64,000 bases of DNA. It comes from an uncultured delta proteobacterium (GTDB lineage Bacteria; Myxococcota_A; Polyangia; Polyangiales; Houyiibacteriaceae). The stretch lies in the NCBI GenBank assembly GCA_963699755.1, contig CAVOVB010000001.1, forward strand, positions 672,001 through 736,000. The letters run 5' to 3'. Of this stretch, positions 37,096 to 47,710 are shown in pieces. The position numbers and the translations under genes were made by a program. The notes under the pieces were generated by a model. It ran no database searches. It was not told where the DNA came from and was given only the letters and a program-made list of their open reading frames with translations. How positions within the stretch are numbered: the stretch's first letter is position 1; each line of letters opens with the position of its first letter.

Positions 37096-40000
37096 TCAGG
37101 ACGGTTTTGGAGGCACCGTTAGCGCAGCCGGCAGTGAACGAACGTGCAAGTCCCGCTGTGGGAAAGCGATTTCGATGCCGGCCTCGCGGAACGCCTTGTC
37201 GATGGCCATGTGCAGATCGTGTCGCGCCATGAACATCTGCTCCGCGCTGCGCACGAAGACTCGGAGCTCGAAGGAGAGCGAGCTGTCGCCAAAGGCGTTG
37301 AAGAGAACGTGAGGGCGCGGGTCTCTCAAGACACGCCATGACTCTTTGGCCACCCGTTCCAGGACCTCGATGGCTAACTTCGTGTCCGAGCCATACGCGA
37401 TACCGACTGGAATCGAGAGGCGCAAGACCGAGTCCGACAGCGTCCAGTTGATCAGTTGGCCCGTCACGAACTCTTTGTTGGGCACCAGGAGCTCTTTTCG
37501 ATCGAACGCGGTGATCCAGGTCGCACGGGTTCGGATTCTCGACACGGTTCCACTGACTTCGCCGATGGTGACGACATCGCCCACTCGAATCGGGCGTTCG
37601 AACAAGATGATCAGCCCGGAAACGAAATTCGCGAAAATCTCTTGAAGACCGAAACCGAGGCCCACGCCGATGGCAGCGACCAGCCATTGAATGCTCGACC
37701 AGCCAACGCCGATGGCATCGAATGCAAGCCCCAGGCCCGCCAAGACCACGGCATACTTCGCGATGGTGGAATAGGCATAGCGTACGCCGTGATCCAATCC
37801 GCGAAACAGGGTGGCTTCAAGCAAACCGGGAACGGCGCGCATGAAGACCACAGTCAGCAAGATGATGAAAACGGATCGGATGAGCTCTGCGAGTGTGATC
37901 GCGACCAGTCGCTCGTCGGTGGAGAAATGTTCGACCCCGGACGGGTCGAGCTCGGAGACCGTAACTTTCTGGGTGACACTCCAGAGCTCGACCTGCTGAA
38001 GAATTCGTGTCGCCGGCAAGAGGTCGGCCCAGACGGCGAGCAATCCGAGAACGACGATCAGAATCCCAGTGCCGATCATCAGGCGGCTGAGCTGCATCGT
38101 CGGCGTCGGCCTTGCGGTGACGTCCGAAGGCTCGTCGTCTTCGAGGGCAGCGTGGCGCCCGGACACCATGGTCCAGCGGGCGTAGAGTTGAACGCCGAAT
38201 GCGACGAAAAAGACGAGAACGGCAGATAGGTGCAAGCGAATGGCCAGCTGGAGGGCAGTCCAGTAAAAGCCGTAGAGTGCTCCAAAGACGAGTCCGAACG
38301 GCAGCAGCACCGAGGAAATCTGGAGCACCCGCCAGAGCCAGGGACGACTGGGCTCGCCTCCGTGCAGCACCTGGGTCACGGGGCCGTCTGATCGCAAGGC
38401 CAGATAGTTGAACGCGGCGACGGCGAGCATCGACAAGGAGAACGTCACTCGGCCGACCGATTCGCGCCAAAGGTCCTCGCCACGTGCCTCGAAAACGAAG
38501 ATGATGAAGACAGCAGGCACGGTCAGGGCCAAAAACCAGCGAAGGTTTCGCCACAAAGACTGCGCGGCGCTGGCTGGCCATTCACAATGCCCAACGGCGA
38601 TTCCTTCCGGACGAACAAGAGATCGGCATAGGCGGATGGTCGCCCAAAACGCTGAGGCGATCAGCAAACCGTATGCAAAACAGCGAGTGAACTGGGTAGC
38701 CGCCGGAGACAGGCCGAGACGCCACCCCAGATACGCGAAGACCGCAGGTAACCACAGTGCCAACGCAAGCGTAAGCAGAAAGGCTTCTATCGTGGGAGCC
38801 AAGGTCGCGCAGTCGGGTCTGCGTGCCGTTTCGGCGAGAACCTGGAGTCGCCGCCTGGCTCGCCGCGCCAAGGGAACGAACACGATGACCAGGATCAAGA
38901 CGAGAAGATTGACGGGCCAGAACTTGGTCGCTGTTTCTCGAAACGCCCTGCCGAGCTGCGCCCAATACTGCGGGCTCACTAGCCAAGTCACCGCATCGCG
39001 CCCGTCGGAGACAAGCTCGGGCTGCACCGCTTTGCCGCTCGGAATCCAAAGGATGCGTTCGTCGATGTAGTCGAGAAGGTCCTTCGTGCGATCGATGAGC
39101 TCCCGCTGGCTCGCATCGAAATCGACGAGCTTCTGAAAGTAGGTCTCGTAGTCGTCGATGAGCGCGTCCATGTACCTGCGCTGGGTCTCAAAGAGTTGCC
39201 GCAGGAGCTGCTCGACCTCTCGACGGGCCTCGGGCGAGAGAGGCTCGTCGACCGAACCCATGACCTCGCCGACTAGCGAATCGATATCAGCGAGCGCCTG
39301 CCGTTGCTCACGAAGCTTGATCTGCTGAAGCTGCACGTCGCCGATCTGCTCCTGGCGCATGCGAATGAACCGCTGGTACATGCCGATGTCGGGTGCTTCG
39401 GCTCGATGCTGCCGAAGCAGGGCGCCGACCGAATCCGCGAGACCGACCGCCTCGACGCGCGCTGCGAGCCCAACGAGCTCGGACTCGATTTCCGCAATCT
39501 TGGCCACGGCTCGCGCGAGCTTGTCGCTGACATCTTCGATCTGACGGTGGAGCCCGCCGTCGCCGGTCCAAACGGAAGCCAATGCCTCGTTTCGCCGATA
39601 GAGCTCTTCGAGTCTTTGCTTGAAGCCTTCAGGTAGAGCGGTCAGCTCCTTCAAGAGCTTTTTCGCTGCCTCGTTCTCGCTCTCGACCTTGAGCAGCTCC
39701 ACGCGTTGCATCGCTTCGCGGAGCTTGGTGCTCGAAGCTTGATAGTATGCGATTCGCAAGGTCGCTCTGTCCCGACGCTTGGCGAGCAGCGCACCGCGGA
39801 CATCGTAGCTCGCGAGCTCGTTCTGATACGCCTCGATCTCCGCTAGCAGCGCTTGCCGCCTCAGCGAGCCGATTTCGGAAAACGCCTCCATTTCCGGCGC
39901 ATCGCTGCCCGCCGCGATGGGCGTGCTTTCGAGATCTCGAAGCCGCTGCTTCGCGATCAGAAGCAACTCGGGGACCCTTCTACGCCGCTCCGCCCGGGCC

Positions 40001-40401
40001 TCGGATTCCGCATCGAGCTCGGTGGCCTCGCGTCGCGCCGCCGCGAGATCCTGCTCCGCCTCCAGCAGCTGGGCGGCGAGCTGAGCCGCGGTCGCGCCCT
40101 CCTGCACCTCGATTGCCTTCCGCTCTTGAAGGCGTGCGACCTCTTGGTCGATGATCTCGGAGCGGGCTTGTGCCTCTTCCCCCGCGCGCTGGTACTCCGC
40201 AGCCGTGGCCTGCCAGCTCTGGAGTCTGGCGCGCAGCTCCTGTATCTTTGGATCGGTCTCGAGCGGCTCCGGCGGCGTCTCGCGCGGACCTGCGTCCTCG
40301 GCGGGCGGGAGCAGCGGGCTCGTTTGAGCCACCGCCGAAGATCCAGCAAGACCAAAGCCGGTGACGATGGTTAGCCACAGCGGTGTGCTTCGTCGGCTCA
40401 T
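37096..40401 (-). CDS. Mechanosensitive channel MscK/MscM-like
   Basis: Periplasmic coiled-coil, multiple TMs, GVGLGFGLQEIFANFVSGLIILFERPIRVGD, FPQRDLH. Start reset to MSRRST. Confidence 0.9.
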   Translation of the reverse strand: MSRRSTPLWLTIVTGFGLAGSSAVAQTSPLLPPAEDAGPRETPPEPLETDPKIQELRARLQSWQATAAEYQRAGEEAQARSEIIDQEVARLQERKAIEVQEGATAAQLAAQLLEAEQDLAAARREATELDAESEARAERRRRVPELLLIAKQRLRDLESTPIAAGSDAPEMEAFSEIGSLRRQALLAEIEAYQNELASYDVRGALLAKRRDRATLRIAYYQASSTKLREAMQRVELLKVESENEAAKKLLKELTALPEGFKQRLEELYRRNEALASVWTGDGGLHRQIEDVSDKLARAVAKIAEIESELVGLAARVEAVGLADSVGALLRQHRAEAPDIGMYQRFIRMRQEQIGDVQLQQIKLREQRQALADIDSLVGEVMGSVDEPLSPEARREVEQLLRQLFETQRRYMDALIDDYETYFQKLVDFDASQRELIDRTKDLLDYIDERILWIPSGKAVQPELVSDGRDAVTWLVSPQYWAQLGRAFRETATKFWPVNLLVLILVIVFVPLARRARRRLQVLAETARRPDCATLAPTIEAFLLTLALALWLPAVFAYLGWRLGLSPAATQFTRCFAYGLLIASAFWATIRLCRSLVRPEGIAVGHCEWPASAAQSLWRNLRWFLALTVPAVFIIFVFEARGEDLWRESVGRVTFSLSMLAVAAFNYLALRSDGPVTQVLHGGEPSRPWLWRVLQISSVLLPFGLVFGALYGFYWTALQLAIRLHLSAVLVFFVAFGVQLYARWTMVSGRHAALEDDEPSDVTARPTPTMQLSRLMIGTGILIVVLGLLAVWADLLPATRILQQVELWSVTQKVTVSELDPSGVEHFSTDERLVAITLAELIRSVFIILLTVVFMRAVPGLLEATLFRGLDHGVRYAYSTIAKYAVVLAGLGLAFDAIGVGWSSIQWLVAAIGVGLGFGLQEIFANFVSGLIILFERPIRVGDVVTIGEVSGTVSRIRTRATWITAFDRKELLVPNKEFVTGQLINWTLSDSVLRLSIPVGIAYGSDTKLAIEVLERVAKESWRVLRDPRPHVLFNAFGDSSLSFELRVFVRSAEQMFMARHDLHMAIDKAFREAGIEIAFPQRDLHVRSLPAALTVPPKPS

Positions 40402-41264
40402 CGCTGATTCCGGTTTCGCATCAGGCCCTCCTGCGCGACCGAGGCGACGAGCGCTCCGTTCCTGGAGTAAATCCGACCGAAGTTGAGTCCGCGCCCTCCG
40501 CCGGTACGTGGGCTCTCGGTCACGTAGAGCATCCACTCGTCTGCGCGACACGCTTGGTGGAACCAGATCGCATGGTCCAGGCTGGCGAGGATGAGCTTGT
40601 CGGTCAGGAAGCTGTGACCGTGCTGGGCGAACGAGGCTTCGAGCAGTCCGTAGTCGCTGGCGTAGGCAAGGACCGCCTGATGAATCACCGCGTCTTGGTC
40701 GTCGAGCATACCAGTCGCACGAAACCAAGTTCGGTGGATGCCAGTACTCGGCTTGGGGTCGAGCAGATCGACGTGATCCACTTCGCGTCGCTCGATGGGC
40801 CGGTCGAGCATCAAGAGGAAATCGATCGCCGGATGGTCCGAGCGATCTTTGTAGGCGCGCAATCGCTCTACGTTCGTGGGCACCATCTCCGGTGGTGGAG
40901 CATCGGGCATCTGCGTCTGGTGTTCGAGGCCGCCTTCCGGTACCTGGAACGAAACCGACAGGTTGAAAATCGCTTTGCCGTGCTGCTTGGCGACGACACG
41001 CCGAGTCGCAAACGAGCGCCCGTCGCGAATGCGGTCGACGTGATAGATGACGGGTACCGAGGTGTCGCCCTCACGAAGGAAGTAGCCGTGCAGCGAATGC
41101 GCCACCCGACCCTCGACCGTCCGGCACGCCGCGATCAACGACTGCGCCGCGACTAGGCCACCGAAGATTCTCGGCCGGCCGTCGTGCGCGCTCGAGCCGC
41201 GAAAGAGATCGTCGTCGAGTCGCTCGAGATCGAGTCGCTCGAGAAGGCCGGTGAGCTTTGACAC
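40398..41264 (-). CDS. tesB: Acyl-CoA thioesterase II
   Basis: IFGGLVAAQ, HSLHGYF, RDGRSF, YASD, ASLDHAIWFH, QEGL. Confidence 0.93.
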   Translation of the reverse strand: MSKLTGLLERLDLERLDDDLFRGSSAHDGRPRIFGGLVAAQSLIAACRTVEGRVAHSLHGYFLREGDTSVPVIYHVDRIRDGRSFATRRVVAKQHGKAIFNLSVSFQVPEGGLEHQTQMPDAPPPEMVPTNVERLRAYKDRSDHPAIDFLLMLDRPIERREVDHVDLLDPKPSTGIHRTWFRATGMLDDQDAVIHQAVLAYASDYGLLEASFAQHGHSFLTDKLILASLDHAIWFHQACRADEWMLYVTESPRTGGGRGLNFGRIYSRNGALVASVAQEGLMRNRNQR

Positions 41265-41326
41265 CCGGGTGAATTAGCACGGGATTTCCGCGATGTAGCC
41301 TTTCGATCTGTACCTTCATGAGCCCC

Positions 41327-41375
41327 TTGACACCTACACCCTTTAGGCTGCAATAATGCTCCACTAGGGTTAAAT
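41327..41375 (+). promoter_or_regulatory. Promoter/operator region sharing a motif with 12629-12673
   Basis: TTGACA at 41327; GACACCTACACCCTT identical to 12631-12645; palindrome ACACCCT-TT-AGGCTGC. Confidence 0.6.
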
Positions 41376-41377
41376 CT

Positions 41378-43063
41378 GTGAGAGCTCGATACTTTGGGAT
41401 CTGCAGCGTGTTCGTGCTGCTCGGCTGCAACGGAACGATTGGTGGGGCCACAGATCAAGCTGGCGGCCCTGGAGCGCCTGGAACGCCGGCCCCTCGCTGC
41501 GGGCGCTCCGTCTGCGGCGCGACCGGTGAGCTAGCCGCAGGAACCGCGTTTCCGCGTCTCACTCATCGTCAATGGGAGAACAGCGTGGCCGATCTCCTCC
41601 GCCTCGCCGACCCACCCAATCTTTCCGGCAGCTTCGAGCCCGACACGAGAATCAGCTTCTTCGAGAACAACATCCGTGCGCTCCGGGTGAGCAGCGACCT
41701 CTGGGGCGACTACCAAGATGCGGCCGAAACACTGGCGGAAGCCGCGACGAGTAATGAAGCGGTGCTCAATGGCTTGCTACCGGACGGGCTTCCGAGTGAC
41801 CCAGCGGAACGCGTTCGCGCTCTGATTCGCGACTTGGGGCGGCGAGCCTACCGGCGTCCGCTCTCGAGCGAGGAGGTCGATGGGCACGTCGCACTCTTCG
41901 AGCAGGGCATCACGCATTTCCCCGACATGCCCGCGTTTGAGGGAGGGGTTCGCGTCTTGCTCGAAGCCCTGATGCAATCGCCTCATTTCTTGTACCGAGT
42001 CGAGCTCGGTCAAAGTCAGAATGGGGACACCGTGCAACTCGGCGACTTCGAGATCGCTTCACGACTCTCGTACATGATTTGGAACAGGGGGCCGGACGAC
42101 GCCTTGCTAGACCAAGCCGAGCAGGGCGCCTTGCATACTCCGGAGCAGATCGCGAGCCAGGCCGAACGATTGCTCGAGGACCCGCGTGGCCGGGCCATGC
42201 TCGAGCGCTTCCATTCGCAGCTCTTCAACTGGGACCTCTACCGCGACCTGAGCAAAAACCCTTCGGAGTTCCCGCTCTACTACGGCGGGGTAGGCCAGGA
42301 CATGTACGAGGAGGCACGCCGCTTCGTCGAGCACGTCGTAGAGACCGACGGGGATTTCACTGAGCTGCTGACCGCGCCCTACACCTTCGTCAACGCTGGG
42401 TTGGCCGCGATTTACGGGCTCGAGGGCGGATTCGACGATAGTTTCTCGCAGGCGAGCTTCGACGCGTTGGCTGAACCTCAGCGCGGCGGTCTTCTCACGC
42501 AGCTCGGCTTCTTGGCCTCTCACGGCGGGCTCACGGGCTCGGTTCACCGAGGCGTCTTCATCAATCACCGGGTTCTTTGTACCGAGTTGCCTCCGCCGCC
42601 AGACGTCATTCCGCCGATTCCCAGTGATGATGGGATCACGATGACTTCTCGACAACGGATCGAGATGCACACCGGTCCTGGGACCTGCGGTGCGAGCTGT
42701 CACGGGACCTACATCAACCCGGTCGGCTATGCTTTCGAAAGCTTTGATGGGCTCGGGCAATATCGGACCGAAGAGCTCGGGTTGCCAATCGACTCGGCAG
42801 CGAGCTTCGAGTTTGCTGACGGTCCGGTTTCGTTCGACGGGGCCGCTGAGCTCAATCAAGCCATGACCGAACGGGTGCAGACACACGACTGCTACGCCAA
42901 GCACTGGGTCGAGTATGCGCTCGGGCGCGACACCGCCGGCTCGGATCTCGACCTCATTCAGAAGATGGGCGACGCCTCTCTTGCGGGGCTCTCGATCAAG
43001 GAGCTCATCCTAGAGCTCGTCCGGAGCGAAGAGTTCCAGGCGCGCAACGCGGAGGGTTCATGA
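41378..43063 (+). CDS. DUF1592/DUF1588-type lipoprotein (paralogue 2)
   Basis: Lipobox LLGC, RLTHRQW, SPHFLYRVE, ASRLSY, VHRG, CGASCH. Confidence 0.88.
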   Translation: MRARYFGICSVFVLLGCNGTIGGATDQAGGPGAPGTPAPRCGRSVCGATGELAAGTAFPRLTHRQWENSVADLLRLADPPNLSGSFEPDTRISFFENNIRALRVSSDLWGDYQDAAETLAEAATSNEAVLNGLLPDGLPSDPAERVRALIRDLGRRAYRRPLSSEEVDGHVALFEQGITHFPDMPAFEGGVRVLLEALMQSPHFLYRVELGQSQNGDTVQLGDFEIASRLSYMIWNRGPDDALLDQAEQGALHTPEQIASQAERLLEDPRGRAMLERFHSQLFNWDLYRDLSKNPSEFPLYYGGVGQDMYEEARRFVEHVVETDGDFTELLTAPYTFVNAGLAAIYGLEGGFDDSFSQASFDALAEPQRGGLLTQLGFLASHGGLTGSVHRGVFINHRVLCTELPPPPDVIPPIPSDDGITMTSRQRIEMHTGPGTCGASCHGTYINPVGYAFESFDGLGQYRTEELGLPIDSAASFEFADGPVSFDGAAELNQAMTERVQTHDCYAKHWVEYALGRDTAGSDLDLIQKMGDASLAGLSIKELILELVRSEEFQARNAEGS

Positions 43064-44481
43064 GCTTTTTCGGCAAACGGCCGTTCACGCGGCGACTCTT
43101 TCTCACGGGCGCCGCTGGCGTGACGGTGGGACTACCGTTCCTGGAGACCTTTTCATCGAAGATGGTTCGCGCGGCCGGACCCGACGATCCTGGTTTCGTC
43201 GTGTTCATGCGTCAGGGCAACGGGTGCTCCCAGGCCCTGCAGAACAGCAACCCAGCCGAGCCGGAGATGTTCTGGCCCCGCAATTTGGGAGCGCTCACCA
43301 CGGCCTCGATGCTCGCCGACGCCGACCGCGCGACCAGCGAGCTGAGCGCGCACGCAGACAAGCTCTTGATGGTTCGAGGGGTAAACGGCGCATTTTCAAT
43401 TTCCGGCTGTGGTCACGCGCGCGGAGCGCTCCAGGCACTGACCGCGCAACCCACTGGCGATTCCGAAGCGAGCAATAACTCCCTTGCGCTCGGCGAGTCG
43501 CTCGACAATCGAATCGCCCGAGAGCTCAACCCCGACGGCCGAGGGCCCCTCACCCTCGCCGCAATGCGACCGTACAACTTCCTCGACAGCGTCCTCTCTT
43601 ATCGCGGGCCCAACGATCGCCGCGGTGCACAGACGAACCCAAAGGTCGCGTTCGACGACATCATGGGACTAGTCAATCTGGACGAGGGCTCGGCGAATGC
43701 GATCGCGCTCCGCCGCCAAAGCGTCAACGACCTCGTGCGCGACCAGATGCAGTCCCTCTTGAATCGAAGCGACCTGAGCTCGGACGATCGCGCTCGTCTC
43801 GACTTGCACTTCTCTGCGATTCGGGACCTCGAGCTTCGGCTTGCGGAGTGCACGCCACTAGCGCCTGCCGCCGTCAACGCGATCAGCGCGATCGACGGCG
43901 CTCACGAGAACGGCGACCGCGTCGTCGAAGTCGCAGAGCTACACATCGACGTGATCGCGCTTGCACTGAGCTGCGGCTATACGCACGCGGTGACTCTTCA
44001 AATCGGCAACGGCAACGACGGGACGCGATACCGCTGGCAAGGCGAGGAGTTTCCGTCGTATCACTGGATCTCGCATCGCATCTTTGCGGACGGCTCGGAC
44101 GGCGATCCGATCCCCGACGCGCAGGCGAAACATTCGGCCGTAGACCGCATCCACGCGCGCCTCTTCGCAAGACTGCTCGACCGGCTCTCGGCCTATACGA
44201 CCGAAACGGGAACGCTTCTCGACAAGGGCGTCTGCGCCTGGATCAACGACCTCTCGAACGGCCCACCGCACTCGATCAACAACCTGCCGTACATCCTCGC
44301 CGGCAGCGCCGACGGCTACCTCAAGACCGGGACCTATGTCGACGCAGGCGGCGTTCCGCACAACAAACTGCTCAACACCCTGGCCACCGCCGTCGGGCTT
44401 AGGAAGGACAACGGAGAGCCAGTCGACGATTTCGGGCATGCGAGTCTCGAGCGCGGTCTGATCGACACAATGCTGGCTTGA
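43060..44481 (+). CDS. DUF1552 family Tat-exported protein (paralogue 2)
   Basis: TRRLFL Tat motif, GLPFLE, SLD, DRARLDLH, HWISH, TLLD. Confidence 0.88.
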   Translation: MSFFGKRPFTRRLFLTGAAGVTVGLPFLETFSSKMVRAAGPDDPGFVVFMRQGNGCSQALQNSNPAEPEMFWPRNLGALTTASMLADADRATSELSAHADKLLMVRGVNGAFSISGCGHARGALQALTAQPTGDSEASNNSLALGESLDNRIARELNPDGRGPLTLAAMRPYNFLDSVLSYRGPNDRRGAQTNPKVAFDDIMGLVNLDEGSANAIALRRQSVNDLVRDQMQSLLNRSDLSSDDRARLDLHFSAIRDLELRLAECTPLAPAAVNAISAIDGAHENGDRVVEVAELHIDVIALALSCGYTHAVTLQIGNGNDGTRYRWQGEEFPSYHWISHRIFADGSDGDPIPDAQAKHSAVDRIHARLFARLLDRLSAYTTETGTLLDKGVCAWINDLSNGPPHSINNLPYILAGSADGYLKTGTYVDAGGVPHNKLLNTLATAVGLRKDNGEPVDDFGHASLERGLIDTMLA

Positions 44482-44525
44482 CTCGGGCCAAGCTATGATC
44501 TCGGTCGTGCTATAGTTGAGAGCAG

Positions 44526-45248
44526 ATGGTGGAACCTACAGGGATTTGCGATACGCATGCGCTCCCGCTCGATAGGGACGGCGAGTGCGAGTTGTGTCGC
44601 CTGAACCTGATGCCCTCGAAGGCGCCGCCGAGCTCCAGTGCATGGTGGATGCTGATCATCCCTCTTCTGCTGCTCGGCGCCGGTGCCGCCTGGGCGTTCG
44701 CTTCTCTGGGCTCCCGTCCCGAAGCCGCCCCCCAACGAGGCGTCCGCGTCACCGAGCCTCGGCCCGCCTCCCGTGCCCCGGTCAATCCGAGGCCCAAGGA
44801 ACCCGAGCCTGAAACCAGCCCGCTGCCACCCGAACCTCCCATTCCCGCTGAGATGAGCCCAAACAAGAACATCCCGGTTCCGAAACCGAGTGGGGACGAG
44901 ACGCCACAAAGCACCGAGCTCGATCGGCAACCGAACGGTCTGACCGGAGCAGCCGCCGAAAAGGGCCCCGATTGGAAATGGGAGCTCGCCCGAAAGCGCG
45001 TGATGATCACGATGTACGCGACGCAGTGGTGCGGTGCGTGTAAGGCAGCGCGCGCGTACCTGGAGGCAAACCGGATCGACTTCACGGAGCTCGACACCGA
45101 TGACAACGCCGCCGCGAAAGAGCGCCTTGGCGAGCTCAACCCTCTCAACACGATCCCCACTTTCCAAATCGACGAGCTGGTGTACGTTGGCTTTCAAAAC
45201 GAGCTCTTCGAGGCGAATCTCGACAAGGCCGCGCAGAAGCATCTTTAG
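44526..45248 (+). CDS. Membrane-anchored glutaredoxin/NrdH-like protein
   Basis: N-terminal CxxH...CxxC, TM helix, Pro-rich linker, YATQWCGAC, TIP, GF. Confidence 0.8.
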   Translation: MVEPTGICDTHALPLDRDGECELCRLNLMPSKAPPSSSAWWMLIIPLLLLGAGAAWAFASLGSRPEAAPQRGVRVTEPRPASRAPVNPRPKEPEPETSPLPPEPPIPAEMSPNKNIPVPKPSGDETPQSTELDRQPNGLTGAAAEKGPDWKWELARKRVMITMYATQWCGACKAARAYLEANRIDFTELDTDDNAAAKERLGELNPLNTIPTFQIDELVYVGFQNELFEANLDKAAQKHL

Positions 45249-45399
45249 CATCACCCCGATCTCAGAAGACCCGGAGGCGCGGGAAAATGGGGCCACTGCG
45301 CTGATCCACCACCTCCATGAGCGAGCCGTTACACTTTCCGATTCTGCGTAAAATGGCCGTCTAGTTTGCATTGGCCGGGACATCCCCGATAATCGGAAC

Positions 45400-45888
45400 A
45401 TGGGGGGGGTGCCGAACATCGATGCGCCGCCGAAGGGCGTAGGCCTTCGGTTCGACGTCTCGATGTGGCCGCTGACCGTGATCTCGATGCCGCCCGTGAT
45501 GGCGCAGGCTGACATCAAGTACATGCAAGACTGCTACGAGCACGTCTTCGCAGCGCCGACGCGACATGCCCTGATCGTCGATGCGACGACGTTCGTGCGA
45601 GTGCCTGATGCGACGCTGCGAAGGCAGATGAAGGCGTTCGAAGACAGCCGACGACCAATCATTCGTGAGAAGAATATCGGCAGCGCGATCATCATTCAGA
45701 GCGCAGTCGTTCGAGGTGCGTACACGGCCCTCCGGTGGATTTCCCCGCAGCCCGCCCCGAATCGAGCCTTCCCCAATCTGCGAGAGGCCGCCGAGTGGTG
45801 CGTACAGGGAATCGAAGAAGACGGGCAGATCGTACCCATCGCCGCGTACACGCTTGCCGGCCTTACGGGGCACGCTTCGACGGGTTGA
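45400..45888 (+). CDS. Hypothetical protein (STAS/SEC14-like fold possible)
   Basis: 162-aa ORF; LIVDA, SAVVRGAYTALRW and AF...EAAEW pattern. Confidence 0.6.
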   Translation: MGGVPNIDAPPKGVGLRFDVSMWPLTVISMPPVMAQADIKYMQDCYEHVFAAPTRHALIVDATTFVRVPDATLRRQMKAFEDSRRPIIREKNIGSAIIIQSAVVRGAYTALRWISPQPAPNRAFPNLREAAEWCVQGIEEDGQIVPIAAYTLAGLTGHASTG

Positions 45889-45941
45889 GCAGCCCAGAGC
45901 TTACGAGTCTCGATCCCGTTCGAGTGGCCGCGAGCTTCGTG

Positions 45942-47084
45942 TCACGATGAGCTGCGCATACTTCGAGACGAGCCCAAAAGCATTGCGAGCCAGGACCATT
46001 CCGTCGATTGGGCTGCGGTCATTCGCACGATGATCGTGAGCGGAACCGATAGCAGCGCGCCGATCGGCCCGAGCACGAATCCCCAAAAGACCATCGAGAG
46101 GACCACCACCGTAGGCGAGAGGTCTGTTGCCTGACCTGCCCAGCGCGGCTCGATCAAGATGCCGATGAGCAGGTTGATCAGACCATAGCCTGCGGCCAGC
46201 CCGAATGCGGGGAGCCAGCCGAGGGTGATGAGGCATAGCGCGATCGCTGGAATCGATGCGAGAATGCTTCCGATGCTGGGGATGTAGTTGAGAATGAAGG
46301 CCATTAGTCCAAAGAGCAGCGAATGGCCGAGCCCGACGACACTGGTCAGACCGGCGACGAGTAGCCCCGTTACCGTGCTCGTCACCGTCTTGATGAGGAG
46401 ATAGCGCTGGACGTCGCGAGCCGCCCCTTTGAGCGTCTGTACCCCGAGCCGGCCCAGGTGATCGGTTCCAGAGAGCTTCTGGGCTATCGAACCGCTCTCG
46501 ACGACCAGGAACACGGTGATCAGCAGGACGAGCGAACCGGCGGACACGACGCTGAGTGCGAGCGTCAGGCCCGGAAGCGTGAGACCCCGCACCAACTCGC
46601 TCGGATCGAACTGCTCTACCGCAGTGGCGGGGATGCCGAGCCCCTGAGCCCAGAGCCACGACGCCGCCTCGAACTGCAAGCGATCGAAATCCTCGCGATA
46701 CTGGCTGAACGCCATGGCAAAATCGGTGGCCGCACGAGTCGTGAGAAAGCCGAGGGCTGTCACGACGGCGACCGCCGCAAGACAGGCCAGTGCGACCGCA
46801 AGCCAATGAGGAACGCCGCGGCGGGTGAGGTCGAGAATCTTCGATAGGCTGATCGCGATGAGGCTCGCGAGAAGAATGGGAATCACAATCGGCTGCCCCA
46901 AGTGCAGCACGACCAAGAACACCCCAAAGGCAGCCAAGCGAACCATCGAAAGAAGGCTAGCACTCAATCGGATGGCGGGGGAACGCGACAAGCCGGCCAC
47001 GATCGACCAGGAGATCGGAGAGCGCCTCGCGACAGGCATGCTCACGATTGGGCGCCCCGAAGCCACGTCTGCTCGAGGAGCCAT
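45942..47084 (-). CDS. AI-2E family transporter
   Basis: LNYIPSIGS, IEPR, LSP..V.LS..FWG..LGPIGALLSVPLT. Start uncertain (47084, 47039 or later). Confidence 0.88.
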   Translation of the reverse strand: MAPRADVASGRPIVSMPVARRSPISWSIVAGLSRSPAIRLSASLLSMVRLAAFGVFLVVLHLGQPIVIPILLASLIAISLSKILDLTRRGVPHWLAVALACLAAVAVVTALGFLTTRAATDFAMAFSQYREDFDRLQFEAASWLWAQGLGIPATAVEQFDPSELVRGLTLPGLTLALSVVSAGSLVLLITVFLVVESGSIAQKLSGTDHLGRLGVQTLKGAARDVQRYLLIKTVTSTVTGLLVAGLTSVVGLGHSLLFGLMAFILNYIPSIGSILASIPAIALCLITLGWLPAFGLAAGYGLINLLIGILIEPRWAGQATDLSPTVVVLSMVFWGFVLGPIGALLSVPLTIIVRMTAAQSTEWSWLAMLLGSSRSMRSSS

Positions 47085-47168
47085 GCTTCTAGGCGCCGGC
47101 CCAGTCGGCGTGCTGCCCATCCGGAGCCGTTCTCCTCTTGAATGAAGTTGAATGCAGGGACGCTGTGA

Positions 47169-47549
47169 CTACGACGTCTTGCCGAGCATTAGTCGGAAGA
47201 ATGAGGCGCCGGTGTGTTTCATCGTTCCGATGATGTAGACGAGCCCGATCAGCCCATCGAACGCCACGATGCCGTATTGCCAGGATTCGGCGATGCCTTT
47301 TGGAACCATGTAGAGGATGCTGGCACAGGCCGTCAGTCGAACAAAACCCTGCCAGAAGACGATTGGGGCGCGCACTTTCATGTCTTGCGCAGACCAGATG
47401 AGCGCTGCGCCGGCAAAGATCAGGAATGAACCGCAGGTCATGAGCGCGCCGAAGTGCGTGTCCTGCGGCTCGAGAATTGCCGCCGCCCAGGTTGCCAGGC
47501 CGATGGGGATATCCAGAAACCCGGTGACCAGCACGAACTTTCTAAGCAT
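47169..47549 (-). CDS. Small four-TM membrane protein
   Basis: Hydrophobic 126-aa ORF with GGAGAG RBS. Confidence 0.7.
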   Translation of the reverse strand: MLRKFVLVTGFLDIPIGLATWAAAILEPQDTHFGALMTCGSFLIFAGAALIWSAQDMKVRAPIVFWQGFVRLTACASILYMVPKGIAESWQYGIVAFDGLIGLVYIIGTMKHTGASFFRLMLGKTS

Positions 47550-47710
47550 CCTACTCTCCTTGTGCGCCCGAGACCGAGCGGCGGCGCGACTCTAAACGAC
47601 GCGCCCGCAGCTGTCACTTGGTTCGCTCCGAATGCAAGGCCACCGTTGCGCCGGGCGCTGCGAGAGCGTACCGTCTGCGACGGTCGGGCATCGACTTCGA
47701 GGACACTCAC

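Noticed and set aside
9512..40728. Long N-terminal extensions in the ORF track (e.g. starts at 10969, 18379, 21903, 31705, 40728)
   Set aside because: They overlap upstream genes; downstream starts give coupled stop/start junctions and proper signal peptides.
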